The notes beneath the pieces were generated by a model, which was not told the origin of the DNA, did not search any database, and saw nothing but the letters and a program-made list of their open reading frames with translations. The position numbers were made by a program, and so were the translations under genes. This document shows, in pieces, positions 27,786 to 37,942 of a DNA stretch of 64,000 nt (the stretch's first letter is position 1; each line of letters opens with the position of its first letter). Source of the stretch: a virus; IMG/VR virus record IMGVR_UViG_3300049434_000014, positions 32,001 to 96,000 of that record; one strand, written 5' to 3'.

Positions 27786-28184
27786 ATGTTTGATCTAGAA
27801 CAGCCCGCGATCGGCGGCACTTTCTTTGAAGAGGAGTGTGCGCTGATTGCGGGCTGTTTGCCGTCGTCATGGCGTGCGATGGTGTCTCGCCACGGTGCTC
27901 CCCCTTCCCGTGGCTTTTGTTCTGAGACAGGCCGTCGTGTCTGGGATGCTCCTGAGGTCTTGCGTTGGCAGGCGTCGCGTCCGGGCTCAGGCAACTGGTC
28001 GCGCGGGCATGCCCGTTCCCAGCCTTCTACGCGGTTACGGGCCTATGCTTTGGGCAACGAGCCTGCCTGGCGCCTACCTACTCCTCGCGTCCGTACGCGG
28101 GCTTCTAGGCCGCGTCGACGTCCATGGTTGACCCCACGCGTTCCTTCTCTGTCTAGCCGGGTGGCGTCGAATACTGAGGAGTGA
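27786..28184 (+). CDS. putative HTH (AlpA/MerR-like) DNA-binding protein
   Basis: CALIAG....SWR..VSR..AP.......RVWD..EV..W...RPG.G pattern. Confidence 0.55.
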   Translation: MFDLEQPAIGGTFFEEECALIAGCLPSSWRAMVSRHGAPPSRGFCSETGRRVWDAPEVLRWQASRPGSGNWSRGHARSQPSTRLRAYALGNEPAWRLPTPRVRTRASRPRRRPWLTPRVPSLSSRVASNTEE

Positions 28185-28212
28185 GTGACGCACGCGCAGG
28201 GTGGTGTGTGTC

Positions 28213-28560
28213 ATGACCGTGCTCGTGATACCGGCTGGCACGACGTGGGCATGGGCCTTCCCTATTACTAATCCCAGCGGCGGTCCGGTGGATCTGACCG
28301 GCTGGTCTGCTCGCGCTCAGGTTCGTGCGAATAAATGGGTTCGTGACTTGCCTGTCCTTCATGAATGGACAACTGCCGGTCCTTCACCCAATGCGTCATT
28401 AGCTGATTCGCAGCTCATTCTCATTGTTGATGGCGCGACTTCATCTGCCTGGACGTGGTGGGCTGGCGTTTATGACATTGAGCTGACTGATGATACTGGT
28501 CGTGTCGCTCGTTTGGATCAAGACGATGTATTAGTCACTCCTGAGGTGACTCATGACTAG
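28213..28560 (+). CDS. tail/baseplate-associated Ig-like protein (BppU-like)
   Basis: G.T.......PVDLTG.SARAQVR and G.YDIEL motifs. Confidence 0.7.
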   Translation: MTVLVIPAGTTWAWAFPITNPSGGPVDLTGWSARAQVRANKWVRDLPVLHEWTTAGPSPNASLADSQLILIVDGATSSAWTWWAGVYDIELTDDTGRVARLDQDDVLVTPEVTHD

Positions 28561-29023
28561 TCCTCCGTCTGTGATTGAGTTTGTAAAGGTCGGCGGTCCA
28601 CACGTTGTGAGTTTCGTTGTGGAAGGATCGCCGCTATCTCTTGATTGGGTGCATCACGAGCCTCCTGTGTTCGTTGGCGACCCTCCTCCTGCTCCTGAGG
28701 TGCTGTCTTTGGACGCGCTCACGGACGTCGACGGGGCAGCGCTTGCCCCGGTCGGTGATGTGCTTGCGAAGGCTTCTGACGGCCAATGGCGTCCGGTCGC
28801 TCCGTTGGTTGGAGCTGCTCCGGAGAGCTTTCGCTTTAACCAGCTCATCCCTGCAGCGGTGTGGACGATTAGCCACAATCTCGGTCGTTTCCCAGTGACG
28901 GTCACATTACATAGTGCTGACTTGTCTGTTGAATATGATGAGTTTCTTGTTCAGCATTTAAGCATTAATTCATTGCGAGTGTCGATGGATACTCCTACTG
29001 CCGGTGCTGCGCTACTGATTTAA
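28553..29023 (+). CDS. minor tail protein
   Basis: LDALTDVD; F.Q..PA.VWTI.HNLG..P motif. Confidence 0.7.
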   Translation: MTSPPSVIEFVKVGGPHVVSFVVEGSPLSLDWVHHEPPVFVGDPPPAPEVLSLDALTDVDGAALAPVGDVLAKASDGQWRPVAPLVGAAPESFRFNQLIPAAVWTISHNLGRFPVTVTLHSADLSVEYDEFLVQHLSINSLRVSMDTPTAGAALLI

Positions 29024-29033
29024 GGAGTATTCA

Positions 29034-29930
29034 GTGACTGCTGGACCGAAGGCCATCAGCCATAAGGATATGGGTGGCCTCCAGATTAAGAATCTGGCTG
29101 ACGGCACCTTATCGACTGACGGTTACACCAAAGGTCAGGGTGACACTGCTTATACGAATGCAATCTCGCGAGCCAATCATACGGGTACGCAGCTTGCTGC
29201 CACTATCTCTGACTTTGATACTCAGGTTCGGACGTCTCGCCTGGATCAGATGTCTGCGCCGACTGGTGCATTGTCTGTTAACAACCAGCGGATCACCAAT
29301 GCTGGCTCAGCGACAACGGATACGGATGCTGCGCAATGGGGTCAGGTTAAAGACCTGATCTCTGGTCTGCGTAAGACTGACGTCCGCATTGTCACCACGA
29401 CTAACGATACGCTGAATGGTCTTGCTGCTCGGGATGGCATTACTCCTATCGCTGGCGATCGTGTGTTGGCTACAGGTCAGACTGCTGCTACGGCAAATGG
29501 TATTTATGTCGCCGCTGCGGGTGCGTGGTCTCGAGCCACAGATGCTGATGTGGCAGCGGAATTTGCTACTCAATGGTTGGTGACGGTTCGTGAAGGAACT
29601 GTCAATGGTGATACGTTGTGGCAGCATAACACTGATGGTGTTGTGACGCTTGGCACCACTTCTCTTGTGTTCAATAAGATTGGTCCTATCTCAGCCCCAT
29701 CTGCCACGGGTTATACAACTACTTCTCCTGTTGTCACGGCTGGCGGAACGTGGACAGTCACACATAATCTAGGTTCTCGTTATGTGTTGGCTCAGGTTGC
29801 ACGAGTCGCTTCTCCGTATGACATTGTCGATGTTCGTATGGAACGAACCACCACCAATACTGTTTCTGTGCTTCCTGATGTTGCGATGGCGAGTGGTGAG
29901 TACGAGATAATGGTTCAGAAGGTTGCCTGA
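29034..29930 (+). CDS. minor tail/tail fibre protein
   Basis: RANHTGTQ.A.TISDF, GDRVL...QT.A..NGIY.A.AGAW.RA.D and VTHNLG motifs. Confidence 0.8.
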   Translation: MTAGPKAISHKDMGGLQIKNLADGTLSTDGYTKGQGDTAYTNAISRANHTGTQLAATISDFDTQVRTSRLDQMSAPTGALSVNNQRITNAGSATTDTDAAQWGQVKDLISGLRKTDVRIVTTTNDTLNGLAARDGITPIAGDRVLATGQTAATANGIYVAAAGAWSRATDADVAAEFATQWLVTVREGTVNGDTLWQHNTDGVVTLGTTSLVFNKIGPISAPSATGYTTTSPVVTAGGTWTVTHNLGSRYVLAQVARVASPYDIVDVRMERTTTNTVSVLPDVAMASGEYEIMVQKVA

Positions 29931-29951
29931 TTCCTGTAAGGAGATAGTGAC

Positions 29952-30098
29952 ATGGGGCTCATTGTTGGCTTGTTAGTGCTATGGCTGATTCTTGTCATCG
30001 TCGGATTTACGGTGAAGACACTGCTTTGGCTTGCAATTATCGGTGCAGTGTTGTTTGTCATCACTGGAGTCTTTGGCGCCATGCATTCTCGACACTAA
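29952..30098 (+). CDS. 48-aa hydrophobic membrane protein (not in ORF track)
   Basis: MGLIVGLLVLWLILVIVGFTVKTLLWLAIIGAVLFVITGVFGAMHSRH; AAGGAG upstream. Confidence 0.7.
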   Translation: MGLIVGLLVLWLILVIVGFTVKTLLWLAIIGAVLFVITGVFGAMHSRH

Positions 30099-30106
30099 GG
30101 TAGTTT

Positions 30107-32554
30107 GTGGGTACGGTTAATGCTTTATCTCGGACGCAGTCAGGTGCGTCGCCTTCTGCTGCGTCCGATTCGGTTCGTAATGATGACACTCGCGTAGTTG
30201 GTGCTGAGCAGGTTGCGAATAAGGGAGCTTCGAACGGATATCCTCCGCTTGTAGCTGGTGTCGTTCCACATGCGTATTATCAATACGCGACTGGATCCAC
30301 TGACGGCTCCATCGTTCTCTCGGGTGCGCTAGGTGGAACAGCGACATCGCCCACCGTTCCCAGCCTTGCGGGCGGATCGACTAGTGGAATCTTAACGAAG
30401 AATAGCGGCACTGATTACGATACGGCGTGGAAGACACCCACTCAGGCCACCGCTCTATTTGATTTGGCGACTAACTCCCTTAAGGGATTGATGGCGCCTG
30501 CTGATAAGAAGCGCACGGTTCAGTTCTATGATGCGGTTGCTGACTTTGGGTTCGTCGGCGATCTGTATACTACATTAGGCACAACAGCGGTCACCGGCAC
30601 CGCTATGACTGACTCGACTAACCCTTTCACGGCTGCTGATGTTGGTAAGCGTGTCGCTATTCCGAAGGCTGGTGCGGGTACCTCGCCCAACCAGGCAATG
30701 CTCATCACCACCATCGCTGCGTTTGTGTCGTCTAATCAGGTTACGTTAACGGTTGGCGCTACGAATGCTGTGACTGCTGCGAGTGTGCATTACGGCACGG
30801 ATAACTCGGTTGCTGAAGCTCTGATGGTTTCGACCATCAATGGTCAGGTGTGGTCGGGCGCGCGGATCATCTTTGGTCGTAGCTCAACGAATAGATATGG
30901 CTTCCAGACTAACTGGCTGTTCAACAAAACTGTGCAAATTGAAGGTATCGGCGGTGGGCATACTGCTGATGCTGGTGCTTGGCAGACCATCGGCGGCACA
31001 TGTCTTGTGTGGTGGGGCAGTTCGTCTGATGGTGGTGTCGCCTTTCAGGCTGCTATCACGTTCGCTCCCACGGGTGCGCAAGCGCTTAAGCGGGTGGCGT
31101 TAAAGCACATCTGGATGGATTGCAACAACAATGGACAGAACCAGGCGTTGTATGCATTGAAGTTGGTGTCTTGTCACGGACATCAGCTGGAAGACTTTTA
31201 TGTGCAGGATGCTTTGGCTCAGGCCGTTTGGATGGATATTGGAACGACGCCGACCGAAGCGAAAGACTGCACTCGCTTTAGTCATCGCACCATGTGCTTT
31301 CGTCAATTGGATAACACTGCTGGTTTTACTTCTACACCAACGACAACAACTTCAGCATTGACGTGGTCAACGACTGGCCAGTCAATGGTGCTCGCCGCAG
31401 CTAATAATCTACGTACTGCTGGCTATGTGTGGGTCGAGTCAAACCTTGGATATCCCGTGCTTGTGCGATATACGGGCGGTGGAGGCACGACGACGCTCAC
31501 TGGGTGCACGGTGTCTGCAGAAGATGTCATTAATGCCCCAGCGTCTTACTCAGGGGCATTTGTTGTGGAAGCCTCACCGGGCAACGGTGGTGCGTATAAG
31601 CTTAATGGCGCTGTTGGTGCTGATACGTGTTGTGGTGTGATTGATGTTTGTCACATCTCTCATGGTACGACGTGGGGTCCGGCTGCCATTGAGTTTATGA
31701 ACTCAGACTCCATTGTGATTCGTCAGCCTTTCATCAATGGTGGCAACAACACTACTGAGACTGGTGGTAATAGACAACGTAAGCCTGGCATTCGGTTCAA
31801 TGGTTCTAATACGAACTCCGGGCTCGCGGCTCGTAACAATATCATTTATGACGGTGACCCTGCTGGTTTAAGTACTGGCGGTGGCATTAGTTCTATGGGT
31901 GTCAACAATGCAGCTGCTGCATTGTCATTCCCTGCAGGTCCTAACAAATGGTACAACATGCAGATGGGTAATGGCGCACCCATTCCCACTGTTGAAGGTA
32001 ATGCTCAGTTTGTTTGGACAGGTAATGGGTTGCTCGTTCCTAGCGAGCCGGGTCCTGTCGTAACAACGGTTACCACTGTAGGAGCTGCGTCTTCTGCGAT
32101 TCTTGCGAGGATTCCTATCCCTCCGCAGGGGTTGCAGATTGGTCTCACGATCCGCTGTCGATTCTTTATGTCGAAGACAGCGGCTGGCATTGCTGCTCGA
32201 GTAACTGGTGTGAAGATAGGCACTGCAGGCACTACTGCAGATGCGACTGTCAACTCGGTATCTCGCACACCTACTGCTGCTGTCGATGCCGGTTTTGAAG
32301 AGATCACGTTTTCTGTATTGGGTCCGTTGGGCGCGACGTGTACGAGCATCATGACTTCTTGTTTGGTCAAAGGTGCTGCTTCTGTCGGTTTTTCTAACTC
32401 TGCTCTCGTTGTGAGTTTGGGACAGGGAACACCAGTGACATTTAACTCTGCTGGTCAGACATGGTTGAGTATCTTTATGACTACTGGTGCCTCTGAGGTA
32501 GTTACTGTTTTTGCTCCTGTAATCATTGAAGTACTCAAAGGTGCGAGTCCTTAA
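30107..32554 (+). CDS. tail spike / receptor-binding protein (possible beta-helix)
   Basis: 815 aa, Thr/Gly/Ala-rich; NKGA.NGY.PL, DFG.VGD and YGTDN motifs; position in tail cluster. Confidence 0.75.
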   Translation: MGTVNALSRTQSGASPSAASDSVRNDDTRVVGAEQVANKGASNGYPPLVAGVVPHAYYQYATGSTDGSIVLSGALGGTATSPTVPSLAGGSTSGILTKNSGTDYDTAWKTPTQATALFDLATNSLKGLMAPADKKRTVQFYDAVADFGFVGDLYTTLGTTAVTGTAMTDSTNPFTAADVGKRVAIPKAGAGTSPNQAMLITTIAAFVSSNQVTLTVGATNAVTAASVHYGTDNSVAEALMVSTINGQVWSGARIIFGRSSTNRYGFQTNWLFNKTVQIEGIGGGHTADAGAWQTIGGTCLVWWGSSSDGGVAFQAAITFAPTGAQALKRVALKHIWMDCNNNGQNQALYALKLVSCHGHQLEDFYVQDALAQAVWMDIGTTPTEAKDCTRFSHRTMCFRQLDNTAGFTSTPTTTTSALTWSTTGQSMVLAAANNLRTAGYVWVESNLGYPVLVRYTGGGGTTTLTGCTVSAEDVINAPASYSGAFVVEASPGNGGAYKLNGAVGADTCCGVIDVCHISHGTTWGPAAIEFMNSDSIVIRQPFINGGNNTTETGGNRQRKPGIRFNGSNTNSGLAARNNIIYDGDPAGLSTGGGISSMGVNNAAAALSFPAGPNKWYNMQMGNGAPIPTVEGNAQFVWTGNGLLVPSEPGPVVTTVTTVGAASSAILARIPIPPQGLQIGLTIRCRFFMSKTAAGIAARVTGVKIGTAGTTADATVNSVSRTPTAAVDAGFEEITFSVLGPLGATCTSIMTSCLVKGAASVGFSNSALVVSLGQGTPVTFNSAGQTWLSIFMTTGASEVVTVFAPVIIEVLKGASP

Positions 32555-32568
32555 AGAGAGACGGTGTT

Positions 32569-32874
32569 GTGTCTATTAATTTCGGGTGGGTTCCCATTCC
32601 CATCACTGTCTCTTTGTCAGCGGGTGGTGACTTCACGTCTGTGCTGCAGTCGTCGGTTGCGTGGCCAACGGGTTCAGGTGTTTCGCTGAAGTTTGTAGGC
32701 ACTTCCACGACCACGTGGACAGCTGTGATTGCTGGGACGACTGCGACGTTTGATAAGACTGCAGCTCAAGTCAATACGCTTTTAGCTACTGATCAGCGTT
32801 CTGTTGAATTGCATTATACCGAGGCTGACGGCTCTGATTTGTTATGGGGTCGCGGAGATGTTCGGGCGGTCTAG
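32569..32874 (+). CDS. minor tail protein (Ig-like)
   Basis: Position in tail cluster; L..GGDF...L....WP.G and W..G.V motifs. Confidence 0.65.
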   Translation: MSINFGWVPIPITVSLSAGGDFTSVLQSSVAWPTGSGVSLKFVGTSTTTWTAVIAGTTATFDKTAAQVNTLLATDQRSVELHYTEADGSDLLWGRGDVRAV

Positions 32875-32876
32875 AC

Positions 32877-34781
32877 ATGTCGCTTGATCTGGCGCCTGGC
32901 ACGACTATTGAGGTTGAGCCTCCTGCCGCTCCGGTGTTGGTTGCCTCGCCTCCCGTAGCGGCTGCTCTTGCTGTCTCGACGTTGCCGACGTCGACGGTGT
33001 TAGTTGAGCTGCCTTCGATTGCTGCGTTGGTGATGGGTCCGTTGCCGTCTTCGACGGTCGCTGTGTTGCCCGTAGCCGGTCCTCCTGGCCCTGCGGGCTC
33101 GGTCACGACGCACACTCATAACTATGTGGATCTGACGGGCTCGGTTCCCCAAGCTGCGCTGCCTGCTGTGGCGTTGATTAACTTCTTGGGCACGGCTAGT
33201 TCGCAGGCTGGAATGCTCGCGTTGGGCGGGCAGCGTGGTGACTGGGCCACGCGTACTGATCTCGGCACTGATTGGCAGTTGATTGCTGACGATCCCACGT
33301 TGATTGGTTCGTGGCGTGAGCATGTTTATCCTGTGTCATCAGTAGCTGGCCGCACGGGTGCGATTGTTTTAGTGAAAGGTGATGTTGGGCTTGGCAATGT
33401 AGATAATACTTCTGATGCCAGTAAGCCTGTTAGCACTGCGCAGGCTGTCGCTGATGCATTAAATATTCTGAAGTCTTCATTTACTGCCAAAGGTGATCTG
33501 TTAGTTGGATCTGGTGCTGGCACGCTGGTTGCGTTAGGTGTTGGGCTCGCAGGTCAGACATTGATTCCTGATGATACGACGACTTCTGGTGTGAAGTGGG
33601 GAGCGCTGACGGGTGGCGCTTCTGATGCGACGACGGCTTCGAAGGGCATTGTTCAGCTGGCTGGCGATCTCGCGGGTACGGCTGCGTTGCCAACGGTGCC
33701 TGGTTTGGCTACTAAGGTTGGTACGAGTGATTCTCGCCTTACTGACTCGCGTGCGCCAACGGGCACGGCTGGCGGAGATCTGGCTGGCACTTATCCCAAC
33801 CCGACGATAAAGGCTGCTCTCGTTGATCCTGTGGCTGCAACGGCTGGTTTGCGCACGTTGGGGACGGGTGCTCAGCAGGCAGCGGCTGGTAATGATTCAC
33901 GGTTGTCTGATACGCGTACGCCTGTTGCACACACTCACGTTGAAACTGAAATCGCGAGCCTGATTACTGATCTGGCTGCAAAGGTTCCAACCACTCGTAG
34001 CATTACGGTTGGTACGGGATTAACGGGTGGTGGCGATTTAACGGTCAACCGTTCGTTTAGCATCGCTGCGGGTGGTGTTGGTAGCAATGAGGTCGCGGCT
34101 GCCATTAAGGATCCCGTTGCTGCAACGGCGGGATTGCGCACGCTTGGCACGGGATCAGCTCAGGCTGCAGCTGGTAACCATACGCATACGCTTACTTCCA
34201 TTCCTGTGGTGTCTTCGACAGCGTCGATTGCTTCACCGTTCACTGGTGAAGTTATCTTTAACACCACTGACAATATGCTTTATCGATATGATGGTGCTGC
34301 GTGGGTCGCTTTTCTTGCAACGGGTGGTGGCACTGCAGCGACTACGCATGAGGCTCGCTATAATCAAACAGCTGGCCAAACTTTCACGACTGGTGTTGAT
34401 ACGAAAGCGCAGTTTAACTCTGCTGTCACTACGTGTAATGATGTAACTGTTTCAGGAACAGGTAATACTGATTTCAACTTAGTTAGAGCTGGTCTTTGGT
34501 TCATCACGACTGCAATGCGATATCTCGGTGTAGCGGGTGGCGGTGAGCGCCACATCTTTCCGCAGACTGGAAGCTCATTCAATACTGCGAACCGGCTGTC
34601 TTCGACGGCCATTCCAAATGTGAGCACTTTGCCAGTCACAGTTTCTACTGCTTCTCTCTTTCGTGTTACTGCTAACACAGTTGTCATTGTTGGTTGTTGG
34701 CAGAACTCAGGAGGAAACGTTGTCAGTGACGTAGGCTTTGGTGGAACTAACCATATTTCATTGGTTTGGCTACGTCCTTAA
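32877..34781 (+). CDS. tail fibre protein with internal repeats and C-terminal head domain
   Basis: GPPGPAG, VSSVAGRTGA, DVGLGNVDNTSD..KPVSTA, GDLAGTYPNP; DPVAATAGLRTLGTG twice. Confidence 0.85.
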   Translation: MSLDLAPGTTIEVEPPAAPVLVASPPVAAALAVSTLPTSTVLVELPSIAALVMGPLPSSTVAVLPVAGPPGPAGSVTTHTHNYVDLTGSVPQAALPAVALINFLGTASSQAGMLALGGQRGDWATRTDLGTDWQLIADDPTLIGSWREHVYPVSSVAGRTGAIVLVKGDVGLGNVDNTSDASKPVSTAQAVADALNILKSSFTAKGDLLVGSGAGTLVALGVGLAGQTLIPDDTTTSGVKWGALTGGASDATTASKGIVQLAGDLAGTAALPTVPGLATKVGTSDSRLTDSRAPTGTAGGDLAGTYPNPTIKAALVDPVAATAGLRTLGTGAQQAAAGNDSRLSDTRTPVAHTHVETEIASLITDLAAKVPTTRSITVGTGLTGGGDLTVNRSFSIAAGGVGSNEVAAAIKDPVAATAGLRTLGTGSAQAAAGNHTHTLTSIPVVSSTASIASPFTGEVIFNTTDNMLYRYDGAAWVAFLATGGGTAATTHEARYNQTAGQTFTTGVDTKAQFNSAVTTCNDVTVSGTGNTDFNLVRAGLWFITTAMRYLGVAGGGERHIFPQTGSSFNTANRLSSTAIPNVSTLPVTVSTASLFRVTANTVVIVGCWQNSGGNVVSDVGFGGTNHISLVWLRP

Positions 34782-34790
34782 GGAGTTTGT

Positions 34791-35045
34791 GTGACTGAAC
34801 CAGTTGGAAAGCCATACGCTGTGACTTGCCAGGCTTGTTTGGTTAAGGTTTGGGAGGGGGATGTTCCACCTGCTGATGGTCAGGTGTTGTTAACGAATTA
34901 TGCTGAGTCGACTCCTGGTAATGCGTGTCCTTCGAAGGTAGCCGGGTGTCCTAATAAAACTGCGGCTGTGGTCGATACAAAGCAATGGCAGCCTGCAAAG
35001 ATACTCGCTCGCCTTGCTGCGTTGGAGGCCAAGGTCAAGCCTTGA
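34791..35045 (+). CDS. hypothetical protein at the end of the tail cluster
   Basis: AAGGAG RBS. Confidence 0.55.
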   Translation: MTEPVGKPYAVTCQACLVKVWEGDVPPADGQVLLTNYAESTPGNACPSKVAGCPNKTAAVVDTKQWQPAKILARLAALEAKVKP

Positions 35046-35136
35046 CGTTAGCTCGGTAGGACTGTGCGTGTTGTTACGACCTGAACGGGTGAACGAGGTC
35101 AGTAACGTTCCACCGTGTTCTGACGATATACGGTAC

Positions 35137-35784
35137 ATGAACGCAAACACCACCGCCAAGAAGTCCAACCCAGTCCTCGTAGCTCTTGCAATGAACGTCT
35201 CGGTCTTCGGCATCAAGCTCGTGGCCGGTCTGCTGACCGGCTCCGCAGCGATGATGGCTGAGGCTGCGCACTCTGCGGTGAACAGCTCATCTGAGGTGAT
35301 CTTGCTCGGCGGTGAGCTTCACGCTCGCAAGTGGGCCAAGGCGACGTTCTTTTGGGCGCTGGTGGCTGCGGTGGATATCTTCGCTGTGGGTGGTGTGTAC
35401 GCCGCTTACCAGGGTATCCGGGCGATGCTCGGTAACGAGGTTGCGGACACGCTGACGTGGGTGGCGCTGGTGGTGCTGGCCCTGTCGTTCATGTTGGAGT
35501 CCAAGTCTTTGATCACCGCGCTGCGGGCGTTGGCTGTGGATCGTGGCGACAAGCCATGGTTGCTTCACATTCGTACGACCACCAATACGAGCGTTAAGAC
35601 GGTTGTTTACGAGGACTCGGCTGACCTGCTTGGTTGTGTGCTTGCTGCTCTGGGTATCGCGGCAACGATGGCGACCGGGTCGGCAATCTGGGATGGTCTG
35701 GCATCGGTGCTGATCGGTCTGTTGCTGGTGGGTATGGCGTTGGAGTTGGGAACGCAAAACGTCAAGCTGCTGCAGGCAGCGTGA
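35137..35784 (+). CDS. cation diffusion facilitator family transporter (TM domain only)
   Basis: K.VAG..TGS.AM.AEA.HS and V.EDSADL.G..LA..G......G..WDG.AS..IG motifs; leaderless after GTAAC-N17-CGATA. Confidence 0.85.
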   Translation: MNANTTAKKSNPVLVALAMNVSVFGIKLVAGLLTGSAAMMAEAAHSAVNSSSEVILLGGELHARKWAKATFFWALVAAVDIFAVGGVYAAYQGIRAMLGNEVADTLTWVALVVLALSFMLESKSLITALRALAVDRGDKPWLLHIRTTTNTSVKTVVYEDSADLLGCVLAALGIAATMATGSAIWDGLASVLIGLLLVGMALELGTQNVKLLQAA

Positions 35785-35922
35785 TCAGTTTCAAACGGCA
35801 ATCGAGGTAGACAGTTTCTTGTCTCCTCGATTGCTTTTACTTTGCAGCGTTTCGATGCATTGTGTGCACAACTGTGGTTTCATCGTTCACGGGTCTGCGC
35901 GATGACTGGGTAGGAGCGGGAC

Positions 35923-36372
35923 ATGATCTCGGTGTCTGTGGACTTCAGTGATGGCAGCACGTTTACCGTGTCTGCTGAGTCTCCTGTTGCTGTGGTGGGT
36001 CTTCGTGACTTCCCTGAGGAGGTGAAGGTCAGGGAGACTCTGTTGATGCTGGTGGAGGCTCTGTGTTCGTGCATGCAGGTGTCTGCAGACTTCCGTGGTC
36101 CTATGCGCCATCCCGGCATGGCGTCTGAGCTTCAGATGGTGAGGACTCCCTCGCCCGTTGAGGAAGCTGAAAACGAGGTGCGCTTTCAGATGGCTCTCGC
36201 GCGTGCTCCGCATGATTCAGCGGGTGGTCGTGCTCTGTCTGTGCTGGGAGGGTTTATTGCGGACAATGCGTCGTTTAACGATGCTTGGAATCGTTTATCT
36301 CCTGCTCAGCGTCGAGATGCGGAGCGTGAGTTGCTGAGAATCAATCAAGACATGCATTCTGATCAGCCATAA
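35923..36372 (+). CDS. hypothetical protein
   Basis: ATG 9 nt after GGGTAG. Confidence 0.6.
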   Translation: MISVSVDFSDGSTFTVSAESPVAVVGLRDFPEEVKVRETLLMLVEALCSCMQVSADFRGPMRHPGMASELQMVRTPSPVEEAENEVRFQMALARAPHDSAGGRALSVLGGFIADNASFNDAWNRLSPAQRRDAERELLRINQDMHSDQP

Positions 36373-36439
36373 AGACTTAATCGATTTCCCCAGTTTGTTC
36401 ATTCATTTGCCGATCTTCTACTCCGACTGGAATACGAAC

Positions 36440-36856
36440 ATGCCTAAGCTTTTGTTCATCTCAGGACCGATGACGCACATGCCTAATCAGAATCGTGATG
36501 CGTTTCACGAGGCTGCAAAGCGTTTGCGCGATCATGGTTACCATGTGATTAGTCCTGCTGAGCTTAGGCCCGAAGATCATAGTGTGCTTAATCGTTGTAC
36601 GAGAAAGGATTTGCAAATCCTTCTCGCCTTTCCTATTGAAGGTATTGCTACGTTGCCTGATGGGCCTGAGGTCCACCCTGATTTCCCTCCAAGCGCGGGT
36701 ATGGCTGTGGAGCGACGTCTTGCTGACGATGTGCTTAAGGTTCCCGTTCTTAGTGTTACGTCGTGGCTGACTCTTGATCCTGAGGATCCTGATCCCTTGG
36801 GTTTGGAGAGTGCGGATTTGACGATGCAGGATTTGCGTGGTCTCTATGATTGCTGA
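36440..36856 (+). CDS. DUF4406 / nucleoside 2-deoxyribosyltransferase-like protein
   Basis: LFISGPMT....N..AF..AA..LR..G..V.SPAE...D....S.G...E motif. Confidence 0.8.
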   Translation: MPKLLFISGPMTHMPNQNRDAFHEAAKRLRDHGYHVISPAELRPEDHSVLNRCTRKDLQILLAFPIEGIATLPDGPEVHPDFPPSAGMAVERRLADDVLKVPVLSVTSWLTLDPEDPDPLGLESADLTMQDLRGLYDC

Positions 36857-36877
36857 TCGCACGGGTAGGATAGGTAC

Positions 36878-37129
36878 GTGATTCTCTTTTTGTTGGGTCT
36901 TGTCACTTTCGTGATGGCTGGCGCTCTGGCTGCTTCGGTAGCCATTGCCGCTGCGTCGTTGGTGCTGCTGATGCTTTTACTGGCTCTACGTGGCGTGTGG
37001 CGGCTGTTTCGGCCTGCTCCTGTGCCTGTCCCTATAACGTTTGATTCGTTGCGCTTGACGAGCCCTGTACGTGAGCCTTCGTGGCCCAAGCTGGTCAGCG
37101 CGTTCTTTGAGGGTGTGGTCTCCAAATGA
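36878..37129 (+). CDS. small membrane protein
   Basis: Hydrophobic N-terminus; start 9 nt after GGGTAG. Confidence 0.55.
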   Translation: MILFLLGLVTFVMAGALAASVAIAAASLVLLMLLLALRGVWRLFRPAPVPVPITFDSLRLTSPVREPSWPKLVSAFFEGVVSK

Positions 37130-37338
37130 GTGGCTTACGTGTTGTGCTGGTGCTCCCTGATGCTTCTGAGGTTGATCTGTACATGCCTGCGTCGATCGTG
37201 GCTGGCGATGGGCTGCATGTGGGTGGGATGATTTATTACGCGCAGGTTCCTATTTGGGTGGTGGAGCCTTCGGTGTTCCCGGATGGTCCTCCTGTGGTTC
37301 ATCAGCGTGTCCCGTTGCAGGAGCGTTCGAATCGGTAG
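37126..37338 (+). CDS. hypothetical protein
   Basis: ATGA coupling. Confidence 0.5.
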   Translation: MSGLRVVLVLPDASEVDLYMPASIVAGDGLHVGGMIYYAQVPIWVVEPSVFPDGPPVVHQRVPLQERSNR

Positions 37339-37346
37339 GACAGGTT

Positions 37347-37556
37347 ATGGATGATGTGGTCACGTTTGTGACGAAGCCTTGCCCTGTCTGCGAGTTGCCC
37401 TCGCAAATTGAGGTCAGCTTCAACGATCTGGAGCGTTGGATCCAGGGTGAGCACATTCAGAATGTGTGGCCTAGCTGGGATCCGGGTCAGCGCGAGCTGT
37501 TGATGACAGGGACTCACGATGCGTGTTGGCAGGTTATGTGGGGTCGCGATGAGTAA
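37347..37556 (+). CDS. small Zn-binding protein
   Basis: CPVC...G.HIQ....RE.LMTG.H..CW; ATG 8 nt after CGGTAG. Confidence 0.6.
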   Translation: MDDVVTFVTKPCPVCELPSQIEVSFNDLERWIQGEHIQNVWPSWDPGQRELLMTGTHDACWQVMWGRDE

Positions 37557-37699
37557 TCCTTTGCCTCGACCGCAACTAAAATCCGGCACGCCCGTTGAGG
37601 ATGTACTTGTGGAGTTCGAGGGTCGAATTATGCGTTGCGAGGATATCCCGAACCTTTCCGTTCGGTTTCAAGTTCTGAGATCCTTGTCTGAGATGCGCG

Positions 37700-37942
37700 A
37701 TGAAAACTAGAAAATATCGTCCTCGCGATCCTCTCCCTGATGAGTTCTTTAAGTGTGCACTGTGTACGAACGTCTTTGACACGATTGAAGCATTTGATGC
37801 TCATCGAGAGGATGAATCGTGTTTGGTTATCTCGACTCCTCCCCAGATCCAGCCTTCAGCGCCTCAGCTCAAACGCGTGCAGAGACGAGGAAGGTTGGTC
37901 ATCAAGGGCGCCATCGACTTGCGTCATCTGACGAGGAAGTAG
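37700..37942 (+). CDS. C2H2-like zinc-finger protein
   Basis: CALC...F....AFDAHR...C. Confidence 0.6.
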   Translation: MKTRKYRPRDPLPDEFFKCALCTNVFDTIEAFDAHREDESCLVISTPPQIQPSAPQLKRVQRRGRLVIKGAIDLRHLTRK

